Shown: positions 1 through 12,220, counted from the stretch's first letter. The stretch: DNA of 64,000 bases from Nitrospirota bacterium (GCA_963818475.1 CAWFSF010000002.1:416001-480000); one strand, 5' to 3'. Made by a program: numbers and translations. Notes: generated by a model from the letters alone, not told the origin.

Positions 1-9
1 TGCATGGCG

Positions 10-2219
<2,210 letters not shown>

Positions 2220-2292
2220 AGGCTCCTATCTTCTTATTCTGTACTTCTCACTTCTTGTTTCTTGCTTCTTGTTCATACTCTTGCTCCCCGCC

Positions 2293-3099
2293 TTACCGCG
2301 CCAGCCACAGCAGCACCACTGCCGCGGCCAGAACAAGACGGTACCAGACGAATATTTTCATGGAATGATGCTCAAGATAGCGGATCAGAAATCTGATGGC
2401 AAGGTACCCGACGATCGCCGAGCTGAGCGTGCCCAGAACGAAACCAGCGGCCGCCTCTTGGCTATGGAGCGTAATGTGGTTGAGCTTCAATACCGCTGCG
2501 CCGGCGATCACCGGCGTGGACAGAAGAAAGGAGAACCGCGCCGCGTCCTCCCGCTTGTACCCCCCGGCAAGGCCGGCGGAGATCGTGATGCCTGAACGCG
2601 ATATGCCGGGCACCAGGGCAAGCGCCTGGGCGATCCCGACGAAAAAAGCGTGGTGGAAGGTCATGGACGCAAGCCGGCGCTCCTGCTTCGAATACCGGTC
2701 GGCAAGCCACATGGCGAGCGATCCCGCAACGAGCGCGGCAGCGACCAGGAGCGGATTGCGGAACAGGGTCTCGACAACGTGCTCGTACTGCATGCCGATG
2801 ACGGCGGCGGGGATCGTCGCCAGCACGATATACCAGACGAGCCGCGCCTCATAGTCCGGCGCGCTGCCGCGCAGCACGTTGAGGCACGCCTTGCCGAAGC
2901 GCAGCCAGTCGCGCCAGAAATACCAGAGCACGGCGACCAGGGTCCCGACATGGAGCGCGACATCGAAGGTGAGATTGTTCATGAGCTCGCCGGTCCAGCC
3001 CGTGGCCCACTGGGCGAGGATGAGATGTCCGGAACTGCTGATCGGAAGGAACTCCGTAAGCCCTTGGAGGATGCCGAGAATGATCGCTTCGAATATCAT
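2293..3099 (-). CDS. uppP: Undecaprenyl-diphosphate phosphatase
   Basis: QGLTEFLPISSSGH and PGISRSG motifs of the BacA family. Confidence 0.95.
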   Translation of the reverse strand: MIFEAIILGILQGLTEFLPISSSGHLILAQWATGWTGELMNNLTFDVALHVGTLVAVLWYFWRDWLRFGKACLNVLRGSAPDYEARLVWYIVLATIPAAVIGMQYEHVVETLFRNPLLVAAALVAGSLAMWLADRYSKQERRLASMTFHHAFFVGIAQALALVPGISRSGITISAGLAGGYKREDAARFSFLLSTPVIAGAAVLKLNHITLHSQEAAAGFVLGTLSSAIVGYLAIRFLIRYLEHHSMKIFVWYRLVLAAAVVLLWLAR

Positions 3100-3278
3100 G
3101 ATCCCTCTTGCTTAAGACGCCGCATGATGCAATGTTTCGGAACATGCTGGAATAGACGGCACATGCTGGAATGCATTATTTCATAAAGCCGGCAGGATTT
3201 CAAGATGATTCGGGGCAGGCGTGGCCCCAAACCGGGCGAGGAGAGCGGTAAAGTCGCCTTATGACACTGTGCTGTTAC

Positions 3279-3307
3279 TTGACCTGTCCGACTCCCCCCC
3301 GTATAAT
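3279..3307 (+). promoter_or_regulatory. sigma70-type promoter, probably leaderless transcript
   Basis: TTGACC-17bp-TATAAT, 8 nt before ATG 3316, no SD. Confidence 0.65.
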
Positions 3308-3315
3308 CAGGCACG

Positions 3316-4209
3316 ATGAAAAAATATAAGCTCATTGCAAACCCTATGACACGCAGGGGGAACACGCACCTCATCATCTCCCGAACCCTGGAACTCCTTG
3401 CGCGACGCGGGGTATCGTACAACCTGGAATTTACGACCGGACCGAAGGAAGCAGGCAGGATCGCCCGTGCGGCCTGCCGCAACCATGATGTCATTGTCGC
3501 CATCGGCGGCGACGGGACCGTGAACGAAGTGGTCCAGGGCATGGTATTCTCCGATACGCCGCTGGGCATCATCCCCGGAGGCACGGGGAACGACTTCGTC
3601 AGATCGCTGCAGATCCCCAACCGGCTGGAGCAGGCCGTGGACATCATCCTGGCCGGACAGACCCGTCGTATCGATGTCGGGAAGATCAACGGCACCTATT
3701 TTGCCAACAACATCGGTTTTGGCTTCGATGCAGCAGTCAACATCACGGCCAGCACCATGAGCAGCCGTTCGGGGGGGCTTTCGCTCTATTTACGCGCCCT
3801 TATCAGAACGCTCGGCAAATACCAGCCCGTGCAGTTGACGATCACCATGAATGACCGGTCCGTAGAGCAGGAGATCTTTCTCCTGTCGATCGGGAACGGC
3901 ACCACCTGCGGCGGGGGATTCAGGCTCACACCCCAGGCGAAGCTCGATGACCAGCTGCTTGACGTTACGCTGCTGAAGCCCCTGCCCCTGGCATCTCTGC
4001 TCTGGCATTTTCCCAAAGTCTTTCTCGGCACCATTGGCCGGGTCTCCTACGCATCACAGGAAAGAACAACGGAACTGACAGTAATGAGCAGCGCCCCCCT
4101 TCCCATCCATGTTGACGGCGAGATCTTTTCCGGCAATGACGGCAACTACAAGGTAAGCATTGTTCCCCGCGCCCTGACCGTGATCGCGAGCCCGACAGCA
4201 TTCCAATAA
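3316..4209 (+). CDS. Diacylglycerol/lipid kinase family protein (YegS/BmrU-like)
   Basis: NP, GGDGTVNEV, PGGTGNDF and DGE motifs. Confidence 0.9.
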   Translation: MKKYKLIANPMTRRGNTHLIISRTLELLARRGVSYNLEFTTGPKEAGRIARAACRNHDVIVAIGGDGTVNEVVQGMVFSDTPLGIIPGGTGNDFVRSLQIPNRLEQAVDIILAGQTRRIDVGKINGTYFANNIGFGFDAAVNITASTMSSRSGGLSLYLRALIRTLGKYQPVQLTITMNDRSVEQEIFLLSIGNGTTCGGGFRLTPQAKLDDQLLDVTLLKPLPLASLLWHFPKVFLGTIGRVSYASQERTTELTVMSSAPLPIHVDGEIFSGNDGNYKVSIVPRALTVIASPTAFQ

Positions 4210-4277
4210 AGTTCGCGTTGGTCCTCCAAAGAACCTGACAATCCGTATAATCGATTTTTTTGCGGTAAAATAGGAAT

Positions 4278-5513
4278 ATGTCATCAGACCGCGATAGGAG
4301 AACGAGCATCGTCATCATCGGCGGGGGCTTTGCCGGGCTTGAGGCCGCCTTCACCCTCAAAGGCCTTCTGGGATCCGCTGCCGGCATCACGCTTATCGAT
4401 CGGAACGCCTGTCATACTTTCATCCCGTCCATTCATGAGATCATCTCAGGAAAGGTGGAGCCGCAGCAGCTCCGCATCCCGCTTCGCGTCATGCTCGCTC
4501 CGGCAGGCATCGATTTTATCCAGGAGGAGGTCCTGGGACTGGACCGCGAACGACGTCAGATCAGTACGAACAGCACGATCCTGGACTACGACTACCTGGT
4601 CCTGGGCGTCGGCGCGGAGAACAATTTTTTCAACATCCCCGGCGCTGCAGAGCTGGCATACCGGTTCCGGTCATCCGAGGATGCTGAGCGGATCAGACAA
4701 GAGTTCTCACGCATCATGGCAGACGAGTCGTACACCTACACCGTCATGATCGCCGGCGGCGGCACCGAAGGCGTCGAGGTCGCCGGTGAGGTAGTCGACG
4801 CGATTGAAAACGGCTGCGGACGCGATGCGCTCCTGTCAGGAAGGATCACGGTCGAACTGATCGAGGGACAGGACCGGCTGCTGCCGGGCTTCCCTGGCCG
4901 GGTCCGGGACTTTTCCGGAGATTATCTGAGGAAACGGGGTGTCAAGCTCACGACAGGCAGCCGCATCATCGGGGTGCAGAAGGACAGCGTGATACTCGAT
5001 GACGGCGCAAACCGCCCGATGTCCCTGCTGATATGGACCGGCGGCATCCAGCCCCCGAAACTGATCAGTACGCTTTCACTGCCCAAAGACCCCTCAGGCT
5101 GGCTCAAAGTGAACGACCACCTCCAGGTGTTCGATGATGACCAGGCCTACGGCATCGGCGATGCCGTCAGCATCTACCATGGCGAGGAGCCCCTGCGTGT
5201 TGCCCGCCTTGCCTACCATGCGCAGGACCAGGCCCATATTGCTGCGCTCAACATCGCGAACCATCTGGCAGGACGCGGCCTGGACTCCTATGTTCCGAAG
5301 AAGAAGCCGCAGCTCATTTCCATGGGCAAAAACATGGGCCTCTATGTTGAAGGCGATGAGTTCCATAGCGGTGCCTGGGTCGTGTCTTTAAAGAAGGGCA
5401 TTGAAAAACAGCATCTGCTGGCCTATCTCTCGAAACCTGTTTCCTCAGCTCTGTGGTCGAAGGTTCCGGGTTCTGAGATCCTGAACAGACTGTGGCTGCG
5501 CCGGACACGGTGA
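4278..5513 (+). CDS. FAD-dependent pyridine nucleotide-disulfide oxidoreductase (NDH-2-like)
   Basis: IIGGGFAG FAD motif, second GGGTEGVEVAGE motif, YGIGDA. Confidence 0.85.
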   Translation: MSSDRDRRTSIVIIGGGFAGLEAAFTLKGLLGSAAGITLIDRNACHTFIPSIHEIISGKVEPQQLRIPLRVMLAPAGIDFIQEEVLGLDRERRQISTNSTILDYDYLVLGVGAENNFFNIPGAAELAYRFRSSEDAERIRQEFSRIMADESYTYTVMIAGGGTEGVEVAGEVVDAIENGCGRDALLSGRITVELIEGQDRLLPGFPGRVRDFSGDYLRKRGVKLTTGSRIIGVQKDSVILDDGANRPMSLLIWTGGIQPPKLISTLSLPKDPSGWLKVNDHLQVFDDDQAYGIGDAVSIYHGEEPLRVARLAYHAQDQAHIAALNIANHLAGRGLDSYVPKKKPQLISMGKNMGLYVEGDEFHSGAWVVSLKKGIEKQHLLAYLSKPVSSALWSKVPGSEILNRLWLRRTR

Positions 5514-5714
5514 GCAGCATAGACAAATCGACAACCCTGTTGATCCGGAACTTCGGAAGAAGTCCCGGCTTTTTATTTCATACGATATCATTCCAGGATC
5601 GAACAAACATATATTGATTGATCAGCACCGTATGAGTATAATTGCATCATGAGCCGGACATACTGATCTTTGATGCCTTCCCCTCATGCTGCTCAAAATA
5701 TTCAGGAGGTAGTT

Positions 5715-6260
5715 ATGCCAAAAGTTGCAGTCATTCTAGCCGATGGATTTGAGGAAGTGGAAGCCATAGCCATCATCGATGTGCTGCGACGGGCCGGGAT
5801 CGATGTCGTCGCCGCAGGCTTGCACGACGGCCACATAACGAGCTCGCACAAGGTCAAGGTCATCCCGGATACGGTGATCGACACCGTGAAAGTTGATGAC
5901 TTCGACATGCTCGTGCTGCCGGGCGGACAACCCGGGTCTGACAACTTGAACGCCGATGCGCGCGTCATCGCGCTGATCAAAAGCTTTTCGCAAAAAGGCA
6001 AGCTCACCGGAGCCATCTGCGCAGCGCCCTTCGTGCTCGGCAACGCAGGCGTGCTTGCCGGCAAACGCGCGACTTCCTACCCTTCCTACAAGGACAAGCT
6101 CTGCGGAGCGACCTATGAGGAAAAGACCGTGGTGGAAGATGGAAATGTACTGACCAGCAGGGGCGCCGGCACGGCGCTCGCCTTCGGCCTTGCCATTGTG
6201 GCGCGGCTGGTGGGCGCGGAGAAAGCGCAGAAGATCAAGGAAGCGATGCTGATCGCATGA
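5715..6260 (+). CDS. DJ-1/PfpI (YajL/ThiJ) family glyoxalase/deglycase
   Basis: ADGFEEVEA, LPGG, AICAAP nucleophile elbow; SD AGGAGG before ATG 5715. Confidence 0.92.
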   Translation: MPKVAVILADGFEEVEAIAIIDVLRRAGIDVVAAGLHDGHITSSHKVKVIPDTVIDTVKVDDFDMLVLPGGQPGSDNLNADARVIALIKSFSQKGKLTGAICAAPFVLGNAGVLAGKRATSYPSYKDKLCGATYEEKTVVEDGNVLTSRGAGTALAFGLAIVARLVGAEKAQKIKEAMLIA

Positions 6261-6292
6261 AAAACGAAAAGCTAAAGAAAACTTTAGATTCG

Positions 6293-6391
6293 TCTCTCGC
6301 AAAGCCCGCAGAACGCAAAGGAAATCTTTAACCCTGGCTTTTAAACCTGATAATTCGCCGTTCTTGGCGACCTTTGCGCCTTTGCGAGAGA
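6293..6391. repeat. Intergenic inverted-repeat element, CGCAAAG family
   Basis: tctcgcaaag...cgcaaagg / cctttgcgcctttgcgaga; related copy at 36238-36338. Confidence 0.75.
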
Positions 6392-6456
6392 CGCCGTTGC
6401 TTTCGGTTCCTGCCTTCCCGGTTTAAGGTATTTTATAGAAGCAATTACAAAACGAG

Positions 6457-7062
6457 GTGCCACCCATGGACGACAAACCCCTTCCCAAGCCAGCCGCAAC
6501 ACCCTTCACCCGCAAGAAGGCCGGCGAGCACCGCGAAGACCAGGAACCGCTCACCGCCGACCGGATGGCGGAGGCCATGGCACAAGGCACGCTCGATGAA
6601 TTCCTCAAGCAGAAAATGCCTGATAACGAAGCTGCCAGAAAACTGGCCAGCATGATGATGGGAATGACGGGGATGATGCCGATGGGTGGCTCACCCGCGT
6701 CGCCTCCGCCTTCTGCGCCTGAGCAACAGCCCCTTTCTTCCGAAATGAATGCAGCAGAACAAATATCTCCACCGGGAGATGTACCCGAGGATGTGAGAAA
6801 GGCCATCGAAAGCGGAGATGTCCAGGGTCTCAAGGACCTGCTTCGACGGGAATATCTCAAGCGGACGCCCGGAGCCAATATTGATAACAGCGAAGAAGCT
6901 GCTGCACCGCCGCCGCAGGCGTCCGGCATGCCCGCGATCGACAAGGAATTGATCGATGCAATGTTCCAGATAGCGAAAGACAATTACGTTACCATGGACT
7001 GGATGATCCTGAGGGCTATCAAGTTTTATGTTGAAGAGTACCGGAAGACCGGGAAGTTGTAG
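6457..7062 (+). CDS. Hypothetical protein with possible C-terminal ribbon-helix-helix-like segment
   Basis: 201-aa ORF with host-like codon usage and Pro-rich linkers. Confidence 0.7.
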   Translation: MPPMDDKPLPKPAATPFTRKKAGEHREDQEPLTADRMAEAMAQGTLDEFLKQKMPDNEAARKLASMMMGMTGMMPMGGSPASPPPSAPEQQPLSSEMNAAEQISPPGDVPEDVRKAIESGDVQGLKDLLRREYLKRTPGANIDNSEEAAAPPPQASGMPAIDKELIDAMFQIAKDNYVTMDWMILRAIKFYVEEYRKTGKL

Positions 7063-7135
7063 GCTGGGTAGAGCCAACGCGAAACCCGACAAATGATCCC
7101 AACACCTTCGTAGATAGAGCCAACGGGAACCCACT
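7058..7135. repeat. GTAG-type REP-like pair between convergent genes
   Basis: gtaggctgggtagagccaacgcgaaacccgac and gtagatagagccaacgggaaccc share tagagccaacg-aaccc. Confidence 0.55.
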
Positions 7136-8269
7136 CTACTTTCTCAAAAACTCCTGCACCTGTTTCTTGATCTCCAGATGATGCACCGGAATATTCGGCA
7201 CATCCTTGTTCCCCGGAACCGTGAGAACATGGATAAAAGTTAATCCCTCACGCTGTCTTTTCATCACGTCGACCAACTCCTGCTCACCCGCAACTTTGAT
7301 CGTATTTCTGAAACCAAATCCCCGCGCAACCTGTTCAAGGTCCACGCAGGACGCAGCGAGCGTGGGTTGGTTTCCTGTTGACCCGTAGGCGCCGTTGTCG
7401 ATGGCGACGATCGTGAGGTTACGGGGATAAACGGAGGCTGCTGTCGCGAGCGTGCCGGGGTTCATGAGCAGGCTGCCGTCGCCGTCGATGACGACCACTT
7501 CTTTCTTTGATGAGAGAGCGATGCCGAGGCCGATGGGCGTTGCCATGCCCATGCTGCCGAGCATGTAGAAGTTCGACGGCTGGTGCTTGATCGCGTACAA
7601 CTCCTTGGACGGCCAGCCGAGATTACTGACAACGACTTTACCGTCAAGGTATGGTGAAATTATTTTGATGATATCATAACGCGTATAGGTTGGTTTCAGT
7701 GCGTCCTGCCGTTTCATGACAGCACTTCCGCATTCCGCATTCCGTATTCCGAATTCGGTTTTCACTGTTCCGCAATCAGAACCTTCCCACACTGCCGGGC
7801 TCATCAGGAATGCATGGACCATGTTCTCATCATACACATCCTTGAGCTTCCGGTCCACCTTGCTGATATCATCGATGCTGTGTATCTCTGTATAGGTGAT
7901 CCCGGCGCTTATGAGCATAGCAGGAAGCCGCCTGCCCATGGGGAACTGGGCTTCGATCTTTTCCTTGTAGATCCCGCGCTGGCTCACGAAGATGGCAAGG
8001 GGCAGTTCAAAGAATTGGGTAAGCGAGAGCAAGGCATTGATCATGTTCCCGATGCCCGAGCTCTGGACGAACATGGCAGGTCTTCTCCCTGCCAGCGCGG
8101 CGCCGGCGCAGATTCCCACGCCCTCTTCCTCCCTCGTCAGCGGAAGATGATGAAAGGACCCGGCAACCAGCTCGAGCAGGGTCTTGATCTTCTCGCAGGG
8201 AAGCGATGCGGTGAGATCCACCCCGTGCTTTTTCAGTATGGCTATGAGCTCTTCTTCAGGTCGTGGCAC
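7136..8269 (-). CDS. comDE: Fused sulfopyruvate decarboxylase alpha/beta (ComDE)
   Basis: ComD half SLPC, TREEEGVGICAGAALAG, QSSGIGNMINALLSL; ComE half NFYMLGSMG, ThDP motif DGDGSLLMN...DNGAYGSTGNQ; adjacent to cysteate synthase. Confidence 0.88.
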   Translation of the reverse strand: MPRPEEELIAILKKHGVDLTASLPCEKIKTLLELVAGSFHHLPLTREEEGVGICAGAALAGRRPAMFVQSSGIGNMINALLSLTQFFELPLAIFVSQRGIYKEKIEAQFPMGRRLPAMLISAGITYTEIHSIDDISKVDRKLKDVYDENMVHAFLMSPAVWEGSDCGTVKTEFGIRNAECGSAVMKRQDALKPTYTRYDIIKIISPYLDGKVVVSNLGWPSKELYAIKHQPSNFYMLGSMGMATPIGLGIALSSKKEVVVIDGDGSLLMNPGTLATAASVYPRNLTIVAIDNGAYGSTGNQPTLAASCVDLEQVARGFGFRNTIKVAGEQELVDVMKRQREGLTFIHVLTVPGNKDVPNIPVHHLEIKKQVQEFLRK

Positions 8270-9501
8270 AGCAGTTCCTCGATATCTTTCTCCGTCGCGC
8301 TCTTCGAGATGAACTTCGGCAGGACCATGTGGGTTCGCTTGACCTCCCGCAGCTTTGCCTCGCCGCCGCCGGTGATGTTCAGGAGAACGGTGTCGCTCTT
8401 CTTGATAGCGCCTTTCCGCACGGCATCTTTGAGCACGGCCACGGCGACACCCGATGCAGGGACAAGGTCGATGCCCTCGGCCGCGAGAAACTCGTCCATT
8501 CCTGCGTATACCGCCTCGTTCTCAACGCCGTACATCCCTCCTCCGGCAGAGGTGAGGAGATCGAATACGCCGCCTTGCACCGAGTAGGCAGGGTAACGGG
8601 TAGAAAGTACGCGCGTGGTGATCTGGCTGATGAGCTCCGGATCCAGGTCTTCGGTGAACAGCGAGCGGCTGCCCTTCTCCCAGGCATGCAGCATCGGCGC
8701 AAAGGGCAGGTTCTGGCCCAGGTGGAACTGCGGCAAGCGCGTGCCGAACCTGCCGTCCCTGATGAACCGCTCGGCCATCTCCCAGCCTCCGATAGCGCCG
8801 GTGCCGCTTCCGACCGCCTGGACATAATGGTCCGGCAGTTTTCCGATCTTCGAGACCGCCTCGAGCATGACGATGCCGAGCCCGTCCCGCTTCGCGATAT
8901 TCTTCACCCCTCCTTCGAAGGGGTAGCCCGTTGCCGAAGCGACGCGCCTCGCGACATCGATGGAATCCGAGTAGTCTCCGTCTCCCACGGCCAGCGTGGG
9001 CACCAAGGACGAGCTTTCCAGGTACCACATCTCCGCCAGACACATCCGCGGCACGACGATGACCACGGGAAAACCCGTTCTTGTCGAAAGGTGTGCGAAG
9101 GCCCGCGCCGTGTTCCCTGCCGAGGCGACGATCAGCCCGTTCACACCGTTCTCCCGGGCGTTCTGAATCACGACAGCAGCTTCGAACTCCTTGAAGGTGC
9201 AGGTTTCGAGCAGCGCCCCCTTCTCGGGCCAGTAACCGTTGAACGCGATGAAGAGCTGCTCGAGACCGAGATGCCTGGCAAGACCCTGGGACCGGTACAC
9301 CAGCGGCCCCGGCTGGACCGACGCGGGCTGATGGACCGGAAGCCAGTTGAACCTCCAGATGCCGTCGGCGCCGCTCTCCCTGAACTGGCGGTCATGATAC
9401 TCTGTCACCAGGAGAGCGTCCTTGCAGTGCTCGCAGAAGGCGCAGTAGGAGTTCTCCAGCGTCTTTCCGCATTTCCTGCATCGTATGGAATAATGGCTCA
9501 T
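8242..9501 (-). CDS. Cysteate synthase (PLP, threonine-synthase-like)
   Basis: N-terminal CxxC..C, FNGYWPEKGA..TCTFKEFEA (PLP Lys), ASAGNTARAF, EGGVKNIAKRDGLG, HYVQAVGSGTG; overlaps comDE start. Confidence 0.85.
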   Translation of the reverse strand: MSHYSIRCRKCGKTLENSYCAFCEHCKDALLVTEYHDRQFRESGADGIWRFNWLPVHQPASVQPGPLVYRSQGLARHLGLEQLFIAFNGYWPEKGALLETCTFKEFEAAVVIQNARENGVNGLIVASAGNTARAFAHLSTRTGFPVVIVVPRMCLAEMWYLESSSLVPTLAVGDGDYSDSIDVARRVASATGYPFEGGVKNIAKRDGLGIVMLEAVSKIGKLPDHYVQAVGSGTGAIGGWEMAERFIRDGRFGTRLPQFHLGQNLPFAPMLHAWEKGSRSLFTEDLDPELISQITTRVLSTRYPAYSVQGGVFDLLTSAGGGMYGVENEAVYAGMDEFLAAEGIDLVPASGVAVAVLKDAVRKGAIKKSDTVLLNITGGGEAKLREVKRTHMVLPKFISKSATEKDIEELLCHDLKKSS

Positions 9502-9530
9502 GATTTTACCCTCTAAAAATAAAACTATCT

Positions 9531-9794
9531 CACCACGGAGTCACGGAGACACGGAGAAAGAGATTGGTTTTAAAAATCTGGTACAGAATGATTCCACGGA
9601 ATTCAAGTTTTATGGTCTCGTAAAAAGTCCTTAGTGCTTTCATCGCGAGGAGCGGAGCGACGCAGCAATCTCGTTTACCAGACACATACGAACTGCGAGA
9701 TTGCTTCGCTACACTCGCAAAGACGGCTGAGCAGACTTATTAAGCAAGCCTCGAACTTGAAGCGTCCTCCTCCGTGTCTCCGTGCCTCCGTGGT
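9531..9794. repeat. CACGGAG-family inverted-repeat element with nested palindromic element (9634-9727)
   Basis: caccacggagtcacggagacacggag ... ctccgtgtctccgtgcctccgtggt; inner gcgagg..gcaatctcg / cgagattgcttcgct..ctcgc. Confidence 0.85.
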
Positions 9795-11017
9795 AAATTC
9801 GTTTTTTTGCTTTCCTCTACCAACCCGCTCACCAGCTCCATGATGTCGGTGATCTTGATCTGTTTGTCGTGCCCCTGCATGGCCTCGTTCACCTTGGCAT
9901 AACACGCAGGACAGCTCAAGATCAGCCGGTCGGCCTTCTTTGCCACTGCCTCATCGATCGTTTGTCTGCCCATCTTGATGGCATTCTCGTGGTACACCTT
10001 GCGCGCCGCGCCGCCCGAGCCGCAGCAGCGCGAGTTCAGGCCGTGGCGCTCAAACTCGATGACCTTAACGCCCGGAATGCTCCGGAGAACGTCACGCGGT
10101 TCTTCGATGACGCCGACTCCCCGGGAAAGATAACAGGGGTCGTGATAGATCACCGTCTCGCGAAGTTCTTTCGTGATGCGCAGCGTTCCCGCCTTGACCG
10201 CGCCCGCAACGAACTGGGTGATATGCCGGATCGCAAAAGGAAGCTCTTTCCCATAGAACGCGGGCCAGTCCCTGCTCATGATGTTCACGCAGCAGGGACA
10301 GGAGCAGACCAGCGTTTTTACGCCCCTCGCCTCGTATCCCGCCACCAGCCTCTTGACCAGGTCTTCGAGCAGATCGTGCTGGCCGGTGATGAAGAGCGGG
10401 AAACCGCAGCACACCTCTTCCTCCGGCGGCAGCATGGTGAAGGGCGCTCCGATCGCATTCAGGACGAGCACGTCGCCGCGCACCATCGTCTGCGCTTCGT
10501 ACGCGCCCGTGCATCCTGCATAGTAGGCAACATCGGCGCGCTCGGCGACCCTCACGTTCCCGGGGAACCAGGGTTTGTATCGTTCTGCCGCCGGCTTTTC
10601 GTAGGGGTTGCCGCTTTTCGTAATGGCCTGCGGCAGGTTCGCCTGGACGCCGATCGGGCCGAGGCCGCGTTTTACCATTTCCTTCCGGAGCATGGGCCAG
10701 AGCCGCTGCGTGAAGATGCCGACAGGGCAGTTCTTCCCGCAGGCGCCGCAGGTAGTGCACTCGTACACGGCCTTGGTAAAGTCCTCGAGAAGCCTGGGGT
10801 CAACCGCTCCCGCGCCGAAAAGCTTCGCCTTGAGGCCGTCCGTGGACCGGATGAACTCCCGGAACATGCGGATCTTCTCGGGCGGAGAGACCGCTGCGTT
10901 TCCCGTCACGTCCTGGACCGGGCAGTGCTTGAGGCACTCGCCGCATTGGGTGCAGGCATCGATCTCCAGGACCTGCTTCGGTGAAAGCTCTTCCGTGAAT
11001 GAACGTTTATTTTTCAT
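9740..11017 (-). CDS. HdrD/GlcF-like iron-sulfur protein (2x[4Fe-4S] plus two CCG domains)
   Basis: CTQCGECLKHCP, CTTCGACGKNCP, CCG..CSCPCC, YHDPC..CCG..SCPAC. Confidence 0.9.
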   Translation of the reverse strand: MKNKRSFTEELSPKQVLEIDACTQCGECLKHCPVQDVTGNAAVSPPEKIRMFREFIRSTDGLKAKLFGAGAVDPRLLEDFTKAVYECTTCGACGKNCPVGIFTQRLWPMLRKEMVKRGLGPIGVQANLPQAITKSGNPYEKPAAERYKPWFPGNVRVAERADVAYYAGCTGAYEAQTMVRGDVLVLNAIGAPFTMLPPEEEVCCGFPLFITGQHDLLEDLVKRLVAGYEARGVKTLVCSCPCCVNIMSRDWPAFYGKELPFAIRHITQFVAGAVKAGTLRITKELRETVIYHDPCYLSRGVGVIEEPRDVLRSIPGVKVIEFERHGLNSRCCGSGGAARKVYHENAIKMGRQTIDEAVAKKADRLILSCPACYAKVNEAMQGHDKQIKITDIMELVSGLVEESKKTNLPRRHGDTEEDASSSRLA

Positions 11018-11693
11018 GCATCACCAAGGGAAGCGCCAGTTCCCGTTTCTCCGCTTCAAGCATCACCAGCGGAGCGGTCAGAATATGGGTTGGAAGAAAA
11101 GGGATCAGGACCAGAACCAGGGAAAAATGCAGCAGGAACAGGATGCTGCCCGGTACTGCAGCCGGCGAGAAGCACAGTATCCCTTGGATGAACAATTTCA
11201 CCATCACGATATCGGCCCTGAAAACGGTGTTCATCAGAAGGCCGAGTGAACTGATCACGAGCAAAAGGACCAGAAGGAACATATTGGCAGGCGAGGAATA
11301 TTTTTCCTGGACGGAGAACCGCCGGATGACAAGGATATAGACCAGTGACAGAGGAAGGACGTAGCCGGCGATCAGTCCGGGGACCTGGACCCACCATACC
11401 CACTCCGGGACGGTGTGGAGAAAATACTTCAGATGCCGCAGGACAACGAGCAGGAACGAAACATGGAAGACCCACTCGCCGAACCACAGCGCGGGGTTGA
11501 CCATTAAAAGCCTCCAGAAGAAGACCACGTCCCGTACCGATAACGCACATGCCTTCGCCGACAACGGCGGCGCCGTCCCCGCGATCGCAGCGGGACGCGC
11601 CACCGCCTTCCACCAGAGCAGTGCATGCAGAAAGAACCGTATGCAGAACGCCGCATACACGCCGTACGCGGCAACGATCAACAACGTACCCAT
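11007..11693 (-). CDS. NarI/HdrE-like cytochrome b membrane subunit
   Basis: About 5 TM helices, His pairs WVFH..LRH and LLH..PTH; overlaps the HdrD-like gene. Confidence 0.8.
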   Translation of the reverse strand: MGTLLIVAAYGVYAAFCIRFFLHALLWWKAVARPAAIAGTAPPLSAKACALSVRDVVFFWRLLMVNPALWFGEWVFHVSFLLVVLRHLKYFLHTVPEWVWWVQVPGLIAGYVLPLSLVYILVIRRFSVQEKYSSPANMFLLVLLLVISSLGLLMNTVFRADIVMVKLFIQGILCFSPAAVPGSILFLLHFSLVLVLIPFLPTHILTAPLVMLEAEKRELALPLVMHEK

Positions 11694-11771
11694 AGGCGTC
11701 CTTTCACAAGGAGATAGTATGAGTATAACTCACCGTCCTCGTGTGAGATAGGGGGACAGCAGCCGGCGACC

Positions 11772-12089
11772 TCATTTCTCCCGGACGAATTCGATCCGCA
11801 CGTCCTTCGGCACGTTCATGCCCGCTTCCGTCTCGATGGCCTTCAGGATGGCGGAAGGCACCGGGCAGGCGACGTGCTTGAGATGCTTCGCCGCGGACAG
11901 GTAGATCGGGTTGTCGCGGAAACCTGTGAGCGTCACCCGCTGGTCCACGGTCGCGATATCCGCAAGCATCTTCTGCACCATCTCGCAGGCCGTGTCCAGG
12001 GAGATTGCGATCTTCTTATCCTTCCCTTTCTCCGCCGTGATGGTGACGGTGAACCCGCATGCGCCTGAATTGACGATGACTTTGGTCAT
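11772..12089 (-). CDS. Small Cys-containing conserved protein (GxCG...C...HxxCPVP; DUF6951-like)
   Basis: MTKVIVNSGACGF...TACE...HVACPVP; SD GGAG before ATG 12089. Confidence 0.75.
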   Translation of the reverse strand: MTKVIVNSGACGFTVTITAEKGKDKKIAISLDTACEMVQKMLADIATVDQRVTLTGFRDNPIYLSAAKHLKHVACPVPSAILKAIETEAGMNVPKDVRIEFVREK

Positions 12090-12125
12090 TGTTGCTCCGT
12101 CCGAAAAAAACAACATCAAGGATCC

Positions 12126-12220
12126 TTTGACACTGATCAAGGCCGATTAACCTATGATAGGGGCAGATATCAGTGAATCATGCCTTTTTTCATAAATAAT
12201 CCGCCTTTATCAGTGTCAAA
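12126..12220. repeat. TTTGACACTGAT-family inverted-repeat element
   Basis: tttgacactgat ... atcagtgtcaaa; second copy at 55441-55537. Confidence 0.7.
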
